A stretch of 64,000 nucleotides of DNA from Balanoglossus misakiensis (lineage: Eukaryota; Animalia; Hemichordata), in assembly GCA_040954595.2 (NCBI GenBank), contig CM082591.2:6996047-7060046 (forward strand), read 5' to 3'. Made by a program: the position numbers and the translations under genes. Below are positions 26,001 to 38,700 of this stretch, one piece after another (position 1 is the first letter of the stretch; every line of letters starts with the position of its first letter). The notes under the pieces are model-generated. The model ran no database searches. It saw only the letters and a list, made by a program, of their open reading frames with translations, and was not told where the DNA came from.

Positions 26001-29000
26001 ACTTTGCGGAACATCAAAATTTCTTCATTTGTTTGAAAAAATCATGGGTTATAGCTCATGAAAATCGTCCAGAAATGACGATTTTTCGACTTTGCGGAAT
26101 ATCAAAATTTCTTCATTTTTTTTTTTTAAATCATGGGTTATAGCTCATGAAAATCGTCCAGAAATGACAATTTTTCGACTTTGCGGAATATCAAAATTTC
26201 TTCATTTTTTAGAAAAAATCATGGGTTATAGCTCATGAAAATCGTCCAGAAATGACAATTTTTCGACTTTGCGGAATATCAAAATTTCTTCATTTGTTTG
26301 AAAAAATCATGGGTTATAGCTCATGAAAATCGTCCAGAAATGGCAATTTTTCGACTTTGCGGAATATCAAAATTTCTTCATTTGTTTGAAAAAAAATCAT
26401 GGGTTATAGCTCATGAAAATCGTCCAGAAATGACAATTTCTCGACTTTGCGTAATATCAACATTTCTTCATTTGTTTGAAAAAATCATGGGTTATAGCTC
26501 ATGAAAATCGTCCAGAAATGACAATTTCTCGACTTTGCGGAACATCAAAATTTCTTCATTTGTTTGAAAAAATCATGGGTTATAGCTCATGAAAATCGTC
26601 CAGAAATGACGATTTTTCGACTTTGCGGAATATCAAAATTTCTTCATTTTTTTTTTTTAAATCATGGGTTATAGCTCATGAAAATCGTCCAGAAATGACA
26701 ATTTTTCGACTTTGCGGAATATCAAAATTTCTTCATTTTTTAGAAAAAATCATGGGTTATAGCTCATGAAAATCGTCCAGAAATGACAATTTTTCGACTT
26801 TGCGGAATATCAAAATTTCTTCATTTGTTTGAAAAAATCATGGGTTATAGCTCATGAAAATCGTCCAGAAATGACAATTTTTCGACTTTGCGGAATATCA
26901 AAATTTCTTCATTTTTTAGAAAAAATCATGGGTTATAGCTCATGAAAATCGTCCAGAAATGACAATTTTTCGACTTTGCGGAATATCAAAATGTCTTCAT
27001 TTGTTTGAAAAAATCATGAGTTATAGCTCATGAAAATCGTCCAGAAATGACAATTTCTCGACTTTGCGAAATATCAAAATTTCTTAATTTTTTTGAAAAA
27101 ATCATGAGTTATAGCTCATGAAAATCGTCCGGAAATGACAATTTCTCGACTTTGCGTAATATCAACATTTCTTCATTTGTTTGAAAAAATCATGGGTTAT
27201 AGCTCATGAAAATCGTCCAGAAATGACAATTTCTCGACTTTGCGGAACATCAAAATTTCTTCATTTGTTTGAAAAAATCATGGGTTATAGCTCATGAAAA
27301 TCGTCCAGAAATGACGATTTTTCGACTTTGCGGAATATCAAAATTTCTTCATTTTTTTTTTTTAAATCATGGGTTATAGCTCATGAAAATCGTCCAGAAA
27401 TGACAATTTTTCGACTTTGCGGAATATCAAAATTTCTTCATTTTTTAGAAAAAATCATGGGTTATAGCTCATGAAAATCGTCCAGAAATGACAATTTTTC
27501 GACTTTGCGGAATATCAAAATTTCTTCATTTGTTTGAAAAAATCATGGGTTATAGCTCATGAAAATCGTCCAGAAATGGCAATTTTTCGACTTTGCGGAA
27601 TATCAAAATTTCTTCATTTGTTTGAAAAAAAATCATGGGTTATAGCTCATGAAAATCGTCCAGAAATGACAATTTCTCGACTTTGCGGAACATCAAAATT
27701 TCTTCATTTGTTTGAAAAAATCATGGGTTATAGCTCATGAAAATCGTTCAGAAATGACAATTTCTCGACTTTGCGAAATATCAAAATTTATTCATTTGTT
27801 TGAAAAAATCATGGGTTATAGCTCATGAAAATCGTCCAGAAATGACAATTTTTCGACTTTGCGGAACATCAAAATTTCTTCATTTGTTTGAAAAAATCAT
27901 GGGTTATAGCTCATGAAAATCGTCCAGAAATGACAATTTTTCGACTTTGCGGAATATCAAAATTTCTTCATTTGTTTGAAAAAATCATGGGTTATAGCTC
28001 ATGAAAATCGTCCAGAAATGACGATTTTTCGACTTTGCGGAATATCAAAATTTCTTCATTTTTTTTTTAAAATCATGGGTTATAGCTCATGAAAATCATC
28101 CAGAAATGACAATTTTTCAACTTTGCGGTATATCAAAATTTCTTCATTTGTTTTTTTAAAAATCATTGGTTATAGCTCATGAAAATCATCCAGAAATGAC
28201 AATTTCTCGACATTGCGAAATATGAAAATTTCTTTATTTTTTTGAAAAAATCATGGGTTATAGCTCATGAAAATCGTCCAGAAATGACAATTTTTCGACT
28301 TTGCGGAATATCAAAATTTCTTCATTTTTTAGAAAAAATCATGGGTTATAGCTCATGAAAATCGTCCAGAAATGACAATTTTTCGACTTTGCGGAATATC
28401 AAAATTTCTTCATTTGTTTGAAAAAATCATGGGTTATAGCTCATGAAAATCGTCCAGAAATGACAATTTTTCGACTTTGCGGAATATCAAAATTTCTTCA
28501 TTTTTTAGAAAAAATCATGGGTTATAGCTCATGAAAATCGTCCAGAAATGACATTTTTTCGACATTGCGAAATATCAAAATGTCTTCATTTTTTTGAAAC
28601 AATCATGGGTTATAGCTCATGAAAATCGTCCAGAAATGACAATTTCTCGACTTTGCGGAATATCAAAAATTCTTCTTTTGTTTGAAAAAATCATGGGTTA
28701 TAGCTCATGAAAATCGTCCAGAAATGACAATTTCTCGACTTTGCGGAATATCAACATTTCTTCATTTGTTTGAAAAAATCATGGGTTATAGCTCATGAAA
28801 ATCGTCCAGAAATGTCAATTTCTCGACTTTGCGAAATATCAAAATTTCTTCATTTGTTTAAAAAAATCATGGGTTATATCTCATGAAAATCGTCCTTAAA
28901 TGACAATTTCTCGACTTTGCGAAATATCAAAATTTCTTTATTTGTTTGAAAAAATCATGGGTTATAGCTCATGAAAATCGTCCAGAAATGACAATTTTTC

Positions 29001-32000
29001 GACTTTGCGAAATATCAAAATTTCTTCATTTTTTTGAAAAAATCATGGGTTATAGCTCATGAAAATCGTCCAGAAATGACAATTTCTCGACTTTGCGGAA
29101 TATCAAAAATTCTTCCTTTGTTTGAAAAAATCACGGGTTATAGTTCATGAAAATCGTCCAGAAATGACAATTTCTCGACTTTGCGAAATATCAACATTTC
29201 TTCATTTGTTTGAAAAAATCATGGGTTATAGATCATGAAAATCGTCCAGAAATGACAATTTTTCGACTTTGCGGAATATCAAAATGTCTTCATTTTTTTG
29301 AAAAAATCATGGGTTATAGCTCATGAAAATCGTCCAGAAATGACGATTTTTCGACTTTGCGGAATATCAAAATTTCTTCATTTTTTGTTTTAAATCATGG
29401 GTTATAAATCATGAAAATCGTCCAGAAATGACAATTTTTCGACTTTGCGGAATATCAAAATGTCTTCATTTGTTTGAAAAATTCATGGTTTATAGCTCAT
29501 GAAAATCGTCCAGAAATGACAATGTCTCGACTTTGCGAAATGTCCAAATTTCTTCATTTGTTTGAAAAAATCATGAGTTATAGCTCATGAAAATCGTCCA
29601 GAAATGACAATTTCTCGACTTTGCGAAATATCAAAATTTCTTAATTTTTTTGAAAAAATCATGAGTTATAGCTCATGAAAATCGTCCAGAAATGACAATT
29701 TCTCGACTTTGCGTAATATCAACATTTCTTCATTTGTTTGAAAAAATCATGGGTTATAGCTCATGAAAATCGTCCAGAAATGACAATTTCTCGACTTTGC
29801 GGAATATCAAAATTTCTTCATTTGTTTGAAAAAAATCATGGGTTATAGCTCATGAAAATCGTCCAGAAATGACAATTTCTCGACTTTGCGGAACATCAAA
29901 ATTTTTTCATTTTTTTGAAAAAATCATGGGTTATAGCTCATGAAAATCGTTCAGAAATGACAATTTTTCGACTTTGCGGAACATCAAAATTTCTTCATTT
30001 GTTTGAAAAAATCATGGGTTATAGCTCATGAAAATCGTCCAGAAATGACGATTTTTCGACTTTGCGGAATATCAAAATTTCTTCATTTTTTTTTTAAATC
30101 ATGGGTTATAGCTCATGAAAATCGTCCAGAAATGACAATTTTTCGACTTTGCGGAATATCAAAATTTCTTCATTTTTTAGAAAAAATCATGGGTTATAGC
30201 TCATGAAAATCGTCCAGAAATGACAATTTTTCGACTTTGCGGAATATCAAAATTTCTTCATTTGTTTGAAAAAATCATGGGTTATAGCTCATGAAAATCG
30301 TCCAGAAATGAAAATTTTTCGACTTTGCGGAATATCAAAATTTTTTCATTTGTTTGAGAAAAATCATGGGTTATAGCTCATGAAAATCGTCCAGAAATGA
30401 CAATTTCTCGACTTTGCGGAACATCAAAATTTCTTCATTTGTTTGAAAAAATCATGGGTTATAGCTCATGAAAATCGTTCAGAAATGACAATTTCTCGAC
30501 TTTGCGAAATATCAAAATTTCTTCATTTGTTTGAAAAAATCATGGGTTATAGCTCATGAAAATCGTCCAGAAATGACAATTTTTCGACTTTGCGGAACAT
30601 CAAAATGTCTTCATTTTTTTGAAAAAATCATCGGTTATAGCTCATGAAAATCATCCAGAAATGACAATTTTTCGACTTTGCGGAATATCAAAATTTCTTC
30701 ATTTTTTTGAAAAAATCATGGGTTATAGCTCATGAAAATCGTCCAGAAATGACAATTTCTCGACTTTGCGGAATATCAACATTTCTTCATTTTTTTTTTA
30801 AATCATGGGTTTTAGCTCATGAAAATCGTCCAGAAATGACAATTTCTCGACTTTGCGAAATATCAACATTTCTTCATTTGTTTTAAAAAATCATGGGTTA
30901 TAGCTCATGAAAATCGTCCAGAAATGACAATTTTTCGACTTTGCGAAATATCAAAATTTCTTCATTTTTTTGAAAAAATCATGGGTTATAGCTCATGAAA
31001 ATCGTCCAGAAATGACAATTTCTCGACTTTGCGGAATATCAAAAATTCTTCCTTTGTTTGAAAAAATCACGGGTTATAGTTCATGAAAATCGTCCAGAAA
31101 TGACAATTTCTCGACTGTGCGAAATATCAACATTTCTTCATTTGTTTGAAAAAATCATGGGTTATAGATCATGAAAATCGTCCAGAAATGACAATTTTTC
31201 GACTTTGCGGAATATCAAAATGTCTTCATTTTTTTGAAAAAATCATGGGTTATAGCTCATGAAAATCGTCCAGAAATGACGATTTTTCGACTTTGCGGAA
31301 TATCAAAATTTCTTCATTTTTTGTTTTAAATCATGGGTTATAAATCATGAAAATCGTCCAGAAATGACAATTTTTCGACTTTGCGGAATATCAAAATGTC
31401 TTCATTTGTTTGAAAAATTCATGGTTTATAGCTCATGAAAATCGTCCAGAAATGACAATGTCTCGACTTTGCGAAATGTCCAAATTTCTTCATTTGTTTG
31501 AAAAAATCATGAGTTATAGCTCATGAAAATCGTCCAGAAATGACAATTTCTCGACTTTGCGAAATATCAAAATTTCTTAATTTTTTTGAAAAAATCATGA
31601 GTTATAGCTCATGAAAATCGTCCAGAAATGACAATTTCTCGACTTTGCGTAATATCAACATTTCTTCATTTGTTTGAAAAAATCATGGGTTATAGCTCAT
31701 GAAAATCGTCCAGAAATGACAATTTCTCGACTTTGCGGAATATCAAAATTTCTTCATTTGTTTGAAAAAAATCATGGGTTATAGCTCATGAAAATCGTCC
31801 AGAAATGACAATTTCTCGACTTTGCGGAACATCAAAATTTTTTCATTTTTTTGAAAAAATCATGGGTTATAGCTCATGAAAATCGTTCAGAAATGACAAT
31901 TTTTCGACTTTGCGGAACATCAAAATTTCTTCATTTGTTTGAAAAAATCATGGGTTATAGCTCATGAAAATCGTCCAGAAATGACGATTTTTCGACTTTG

Positions 32001-34425
32001 CGGAATATCAAAATTTCTTCATTTTTTTTTTAAATCATGGGTTATAGCTCATGAAAATCGTCCAGAAATGACAATTTTTCGACTTTGCGGAATATCAAAA
32101 TTTCTTCATTTTTTAGAAAAAATCATGGGTTATAGCTCATGAAAATCGTCCAGAAATGACAATTTTTCGACTTTGCGGAATATCAAAATTTCTTCATTTG
32201 TTTGAAAAAATCATGGGTTATAGCTCATGAAAATCGTCCAGAAATGAAAATTTTTCGACTTTGCGGAATATCAAAATGTTTTCATTTGTTTGAGAAAAAT
32301 CATGGGTTATAGCTCATGAAAATCGTCCAGAAATGACAATTTCTCGACTTTGCGGAACATCAAAATTTCTTCATTTGTTTGAAAAAATCATGGGTTATAG
32401 CTCATGAAAATCGTTCAGAAATGACAATTTCTCGACTTTGCGAAATATCAAAATTTCTTCATTTGTTTGAAAAAATCATGGGTTATAGCTCATGAAAATC
32501 GTCCAGAAATGACAATTTTTCGACTTTGCGGAACATCAAAATGTCTTCATTTTTTTGAAAAAATCATCGGTTATAGCTCATGAAAATCATCCAGAAATGA
32601 CAATTTTTCGACTTTGCGGAATATCAAAATTTCTTCATTTTTTTGAAAAAATCATGGGTTATAGCTCATGAAAATCGTCCAGAAATGACAATTTCTCGAC
32701 TTTGCGGAATATCAACATTTCTTCATTTTTTTTTTTAAATCATGGGTTTTAGCTCATGAAAATCGTCCAGAAATGACAATTTCTCGACTTTGCGGAATAT
32801 CAAAATTTCTTCATTTGTTTGAAAAAATCATGGGTTATAGCTCATGAAAATCGTCCAGAAATGAAAATTTTTCGACTTTGCGGAATATCAAAATTTTTTC
32901 ATTTTTTAGAAAAAATCATGGGTTATAGCTCATGAAAATCGTCCAGAAATGACAATTTTTCGACTTTGCGGAATATCAAAATTTCTTCATTTGTTTGAAA
33001 AAATCATGGGTTATAGCTCATGAAAATCGTCCAGAAATGAAAATTTTTCGACTTTGCGGAATATCAAAATTTTTTCATTTGTTTGAGAAAAATCATGGGT
33101 TATAGCTCATGAAAATCGTCCAGAAATGACAATTTCTCGACTTTGCGGAACATCAAAATTTCTTCATTTGTTTGAAAAAATCATGGGTTATAGCTCATGA
33201 AAATCGTTCAGAAATGACAATTTCTCGACTTTGCGAAATATCAAAATTTCTTCATTTGTTTGAAAAAATCATGGGTTATAGCTCATGAAAATCGTCCAGA
33301 AATGACAATTTTTCGACTTTGCGGAACATCAAAATGTCTTCATTTTTTTGAAAAAATCATCGGTTATAGCTCATGAAAATCATCCAGAAATGACAATTTT
33401 TCGACTTTGCGGAATATCAAAATTTCTTCATTTTTTTGAAAAAATCATGGGTTATAGCTCATGAAAATCGTCCAGAAATGACAATTTCTCGACTTTGCGG
33501 AATATCAACATTTCTTCATTTTTTTTTTTAAATCATGGGTTTTAGCTCATGAAAATCGTCCAGAAATGACAATTTCTCGACTTTGCGAAATATCAACATT
33601 TCTTCATTTGTTTTAAAAAATCATGGGTTATAGCTCATGAAAATCGTCCAGAAATGACAATTTCTCGACTTTGCGAAATATCAAAATTTCTTCATTTGTT
33701 TGAAAAAATCATGGGTTATAGATCATAAAAATCGTCCAGAAATGACAATTTTTCGACTTTGCGGAATATCAAAATGTCTTCATTTTTTTGAAAAAATGAT
33801 GGGTTATAGCTCATGAAAATCGTCCAGAAATGACAATTTTTCGACTTTGCGGAATATGAAAATGTCTTCATTTTTTTGAAAAAATCATGGGTTATAGCTC
33901 ATGAAGATCTTCCAGAAATGACAATTCTTCGACTTTGCGGATTTTCATAATTTCTTCATTTGTTTGAAAAAATCATGGGGTATAGCTGATGAAAATCGTC
34001 CAGAAATGACATTTTCTCGACTTTGCGGAATATCAACATTTCTTCATTTTTTTTTTAAATCATGGGTTTTAGCTCATGAAAATCGTCCAGAAATGAAAAT
34101 TTTTCGACTTTGCGAAGTATCAAAATTTCTTCATTTTTTTGAAAAAATCATGGGTTATAGCTCATGAAAATCGTCCAGAAATGACAATTTCTCGACTTTG
34201 CGGAATATCAAAATTTCTTCATGTTTTTAAAAAAAACATGGGTTATAGCTCATGAAAATCGTCCAGAAATGACAATTTTTCGACTTTGCGGAATATCAAA
34301 ATTTCTTCATTTGTTTGAAAAAATCATGGGTTATAGCTCATGAAAATCATCCAGAAATGACAATTTGCGAAATATCAAAATTTCTTCATTTGTTTGGATT
34401 AAAGCTCATGAAAATCATCCATAAA
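8021..34425 (+). repeat. 88-bp satellite DNA array, ~26.4 kb, ~300 head-to-tail monomers
   Basis: Consensus AAAATTTCTTCATTTGTTTGAAAAAATCATGGGTTATAGCTCATGAAAATCGTCCAGAAATGACAATTTTTCGACTTTGCGGAATATC (88 nt). No spacers; edge monomers are more divergent. Confidence 0.98.
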
Positions 34426-34427
34426 TC

Positions 34428-34820
34428 TGACGTTTGCGGCTGAGCGATAAGGGCATGATGGGTCCCATGACGCGGGCGCGTTGATTGGCTAACAAATCCC
34501 AACATCCAAACATTTAAATCTGCGGCTCTGGTGACCGTACCCTGAGCTTTAAATCTTTGTCCAAAATTGTATCAGTGACCGTATATTTTCTCGTTTCAAG
34601 TTACTCATTGTTAGAATTCTGTCGGTGACACTATAACAAATGGGACATGTTAAGGCAGCAGAAATCATTGACTTGACCTTCAGAAACTTTTGTTCCGAGT
34701 CTACATGGCCTGTGTGATGCGTGTGGAGTGATGAACGCGTAAGTCACTTTCCTTGAAATCATTTTCAGTAGTCCGGTTGATCCAATCACGATAAACGTAA
34801 AAAACATGAGCCAACCTATT
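34428..34820 (+). repeat. Direct-repeat copy of 42520-42843 fused to a copy of 44268-44342
   Basis: TGACGTTTG(C/G)GGCTGAGCGATAAGGGCATGA...GATGAACGCGTAAGTCA and CACTTTCCTTGAAATCATTTTCAGTAGTCCGGTTGATCCA... are shared with those loci. Confidence 0.8.
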
Positions 34821-35533
34821 GGTTCAATTGATAAAGTGAACTGCCTTCGCTTCCTTTCATATTTTATGTGGACCGTGTAAGTAGACTTTAGTTTCGTCCC
34901 TTCTTTTCACCCAAGTTGCTGTCTTTTCCCGATCTCCGACACAGACTATGGGCATGTTGGGCATTAGACTCTATGGCAGTCGCTGTGCCTGTGTGATTAG
35001 CGTCGCGTCCACAGGACGTTCTATACGTAACGCAGACGCGCATTTCATTTTCAGTATCACACAGTCTTGGAGCAAGACTAGTTGGGCATGTACTCTGTAT
35101 GATTCGTGCGGACTCGTACAGGTATTCTAATCGACTACAAATTTACAAAACGAAATTGTAAATCACTTTATTTCTTATGACATGGTATAAAAACAAATGA
35201 GAGCTTCGAGTGTATCTCTTCTGAAACGCTATATGCGAGTCATATTGACTCAAACAGGTAAAAACCAAGGTTAACCTATGACCCTAAAGTGCAACTGATT
35301 CTATTGGTTTATTATACCGGAGGTGAACTCACTTTTATCGTGTTAAATGTATTTATTTACAATTAAGATTCCACGGAGCATTCAAAGTGAAAATGAACAC
35401 CTGTTGATATTGTCAAAATGGTACTTATCACAAAAAAGGCGCCTACATTCTGAAACATACATTTCGAATATTATACAACTGTATCTGTACAGACACAGAC
35501 ACACACACACACTCACGCACTAATGTCATAGCA

Positions 35534-35780
35534 TCAACCAGTGCATTTATCGGTGATGAGTCGAATCACTCCAGTCGAGTTGAATTGTAATAGCATTTTA
35601 AACTCCCTTGGGATAGTTTTCTGGTGAAGAGTTGTCTTGTCGAAGTAATGGTGAGAAACCTTGTTTCCATGGCGATCCAGTTCGTATGGCCAGAATCCAT
35701 AGAGGTCCAAAGTATTGCAGAAAAGCGTTGCTAAGGTGAACATGACAAAGCCCTCGCTTGAAGAAGGTTTCTTCCAAAAT
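35534..35780 (-). CDS. ST8SIA: ST8Sia-like last exon (motifs S, III, VS)
   Basis: cgcacag|ATTTTGG... to the stop codon, matches ORF 35534..35800. Confidence 0.92.
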
Positions 35781-38700
35781 CTGTGCGAGAAATTATTCAC
35801 ACATCAATCAATGTTAAAAAAATTGTGAACACACTAGAATATTCGTTGCAACAGCTCACAACTCTTGTTCATTGCACCAGTTAAACAGACAGACAGACAC
35901 ACAGACAGACTAACAGAGACAGACAGACATACATGCAAACGGACATACAGACATGCACACAGACGGACAGACAGACAGACATGCAAACAGACAGACAGAC
36001 AGACAGACAGACGTGCAAACAGACAGACAGACATACATTTACCTGTTTATCTTATGCGGATATAATGGCATCGGCGAATATGCTATGTGTACTTTGTATT
36101 TTGTTCCGGAGTTGAGGTTTTCAACGAGACTTCGCAGCTTGACCTTGGCACCCCTCATAACCCTTCTCTTCCATGACATGTCATAAGGAAACCACAAGAT
36201 TGTATCGTTCAAGTTCAATAATTCTTCGTGATAACGCCTGGTAGACATTTTGAGCTGTTTAGATTTCTTGGCATCAAAGTATTTACTCATATATCCAACG
36301 ACAAGGTGACTTATGGCCATGAGATGAGTTTTGCTGCCGGCATCCCTTTCAAATCCGTGTACTCGTGGAATATTCGCTCTCATAATGAAATCATGATCAT
36401 CGATTTGCTTTCCGCACGTGCTGTTGCGAAGAATCCCACTGCTGCCAACAAGAGCGCAGCGTTTTTGAGGTTGTATGGTCTCGAAGAATTCCTCATATAG
36501 CTCTCTATATCTACCTATGGGTGGGTACCCTTGCCGCCAGAAGTTTTGTGGAAATTCCATCTCTCTCCATGGTACATGGCGACGAAATATGGCGATAGAA
36601 TTTTCTAAATCAAACATTTTGGAGGTGACATTCCTGAAAAGAGACGGGGATGGTGGTGTACATGCATGACGAATTGTTTTAAATGCAAAGTTATCTCACG
36701 CTATACTGATGCAGTATTTTGGTCAGTAATCTATGGGGGGGTACAAGCGGCCGGGAGGGTATGCATAATAATAACTTTCTCAGTCACCGAACGCGTATTC
36801 TTAGTCCGTGTGCACAGTACATGTAGTCTGGTCCCCTGCCCCATTCCCACCGCTGGCTGCGCTACGCTAAAGGGAAAGGGTCAGGCACGGCCTATTGTAA
36901 ACATGGCTCTCATTGGTCAATACATACGAACATTAAGTTGTTAAGTTGATAAGGTGTTGTGAGACACTCATTTCTCGTTCTCTCCTTCACCTCCATGAAT
37001 GTTTATCATTCGATTTCCAACTTAACAACAAACGAAACAAAATAAACTGCATGGATGAATCTTGACTGGCGTACGGACATTGGAGGCATCCATCTTGTTT
37101 ATGATCACGTGGTCTTCCCAGGTTTCTGGGCATGAAATCGGGCCGTACCTGACCCCTTTCCCTTTAGCGTAGCGCAGCCAGCGGTGGGATTGGGGCAGGG
37201 AACCAGACTACAGTACATGTAGTCTCGGTTACCCAGACCCCCCTGCTTCTTCCGTTGGGCACTCCAGAAAGAGGGTCTGGGGAAACCCGGTAGACAAATC
37301 GCCGGGCCGACTCGGGACAGATGCGATGCATGACGGGAGATTAATATTCCAAAATGGCGACGTCCTGCGCGCGAACCTCACGGCCGACATGTATGACATA
37401 CGATAAAGAAAACATGCTGAGAAGTGCTAGACCTGCTAAAACTGTCTACAAATTGAAAAGAGAGAGAGAAGTTTGGTAAATAGTTTTCTAATATCGTCAT
37501 ATCATAATATCGTATCGAATATTAAGCTCCCGTCATGCATCGCATCTGTCTCGAGTCGGCCCGGCGATTTGTCTACCGGGTTTCCCCAGACCCTCTTTCT
37601 GGAGTGCCCAACGGAAGAAGCAGAGGGCTCTGGGTAACCGAGACTACAGTACATGCTCACCTTCAGCCTCGTTTTCGTATGTCTCGCGAGAATCTCGAAA
37701 CTCGAGTATTAACCTACCTTAATTCTTCAAGTGAACCTACATTTCTTTGATTTCCGATAAGAACCTCAGAGGCTGCAGAAATGTTGAGGAATTCATTTTG
37801 AAGTTTGTCGGTGCTGTTTACGGTGGAAATGAATTAGAAGCCAACTGTTATGAATTGTCGTCACAAATTTGTAGCTCTTCGATATAAAAATGTATACCAA
37901 GAAATACGTGATTAAAATATGTTGTCATGGACGTGACCTCACAAGCAATCTGAAAAAGTTCTGACGCAAAAGCATCATATTCAACAGACCATTTTCACAA
38001 ATTGTTTTGAACGATGGTCATTTTGTTAATAGCAGACAACATGAGGTTGTGGAAATTGGCATAGAAAATTCAAGTGGCGTTATTTCGTTTTCATCCTGTC
38101 CGCCAGCCAGCCATATAATTTCACTCTTTGTCGTTTAGGGAAATCACTGCCCTGCATTAGGTTCTCTTTGGACAACCAGAGTACAATTCTCCCAACCTTA
38201 GATAGGGTTTTTTGCTACCTAGGTGAGTGATAACAATCTCACATGGTCGACACAATTTCAGGATGGCCGATTTTTGGCATGTTCAAGAAATAGGAGTTCA
38301 TAAGCTAAAGTAATGATGGGTCATTCTCAAACTTTGTAACAGAAAAAATAACAAATGTGAAAAAAGTTTAATGAGTTTTATATGCTAACTACGAAGACAG
38401 ACATGTTTGAACAAGGGAAGTCATGAAATATAGTAAACATATGATTTCTTCTCTCTCTTACTACAGTGAGTTGTCGAATTTTTACCCAGAATGCAATTAT
38501 TATAATGTGATTTGACCCCCTAGCACAAAGTGAAAACAGAATTAGCCTACCTCAATTCTGCAAGCGAAGCTACATTTCTTTGATTTCCGATAAGAACCTC
38601 AGGGGCTGCAGAAATGTTGAGGAATTCATTTTGAAGTTTGTCGGTGCTGTTTACGCTGGAAATAAATTAGAAGCCAACTGTTATGAATTGTCGTCACAAA

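Noticed and set aside
8021-34425. CRISPR array or protein-coding repeat (the many 'KKSWVIAHENRPEMTIFRLCG' ORFs)
   Set aside because: Monomers are contiguous with no unique spacers. 88 is not a multiple of 3 and homopolymer indels shift frames freely, so the ORFs are artefacts.
35834-36186. ORFs rich in QTDR/LSVC
   Set aside because: Translations of the (ACAG)n microsatellite
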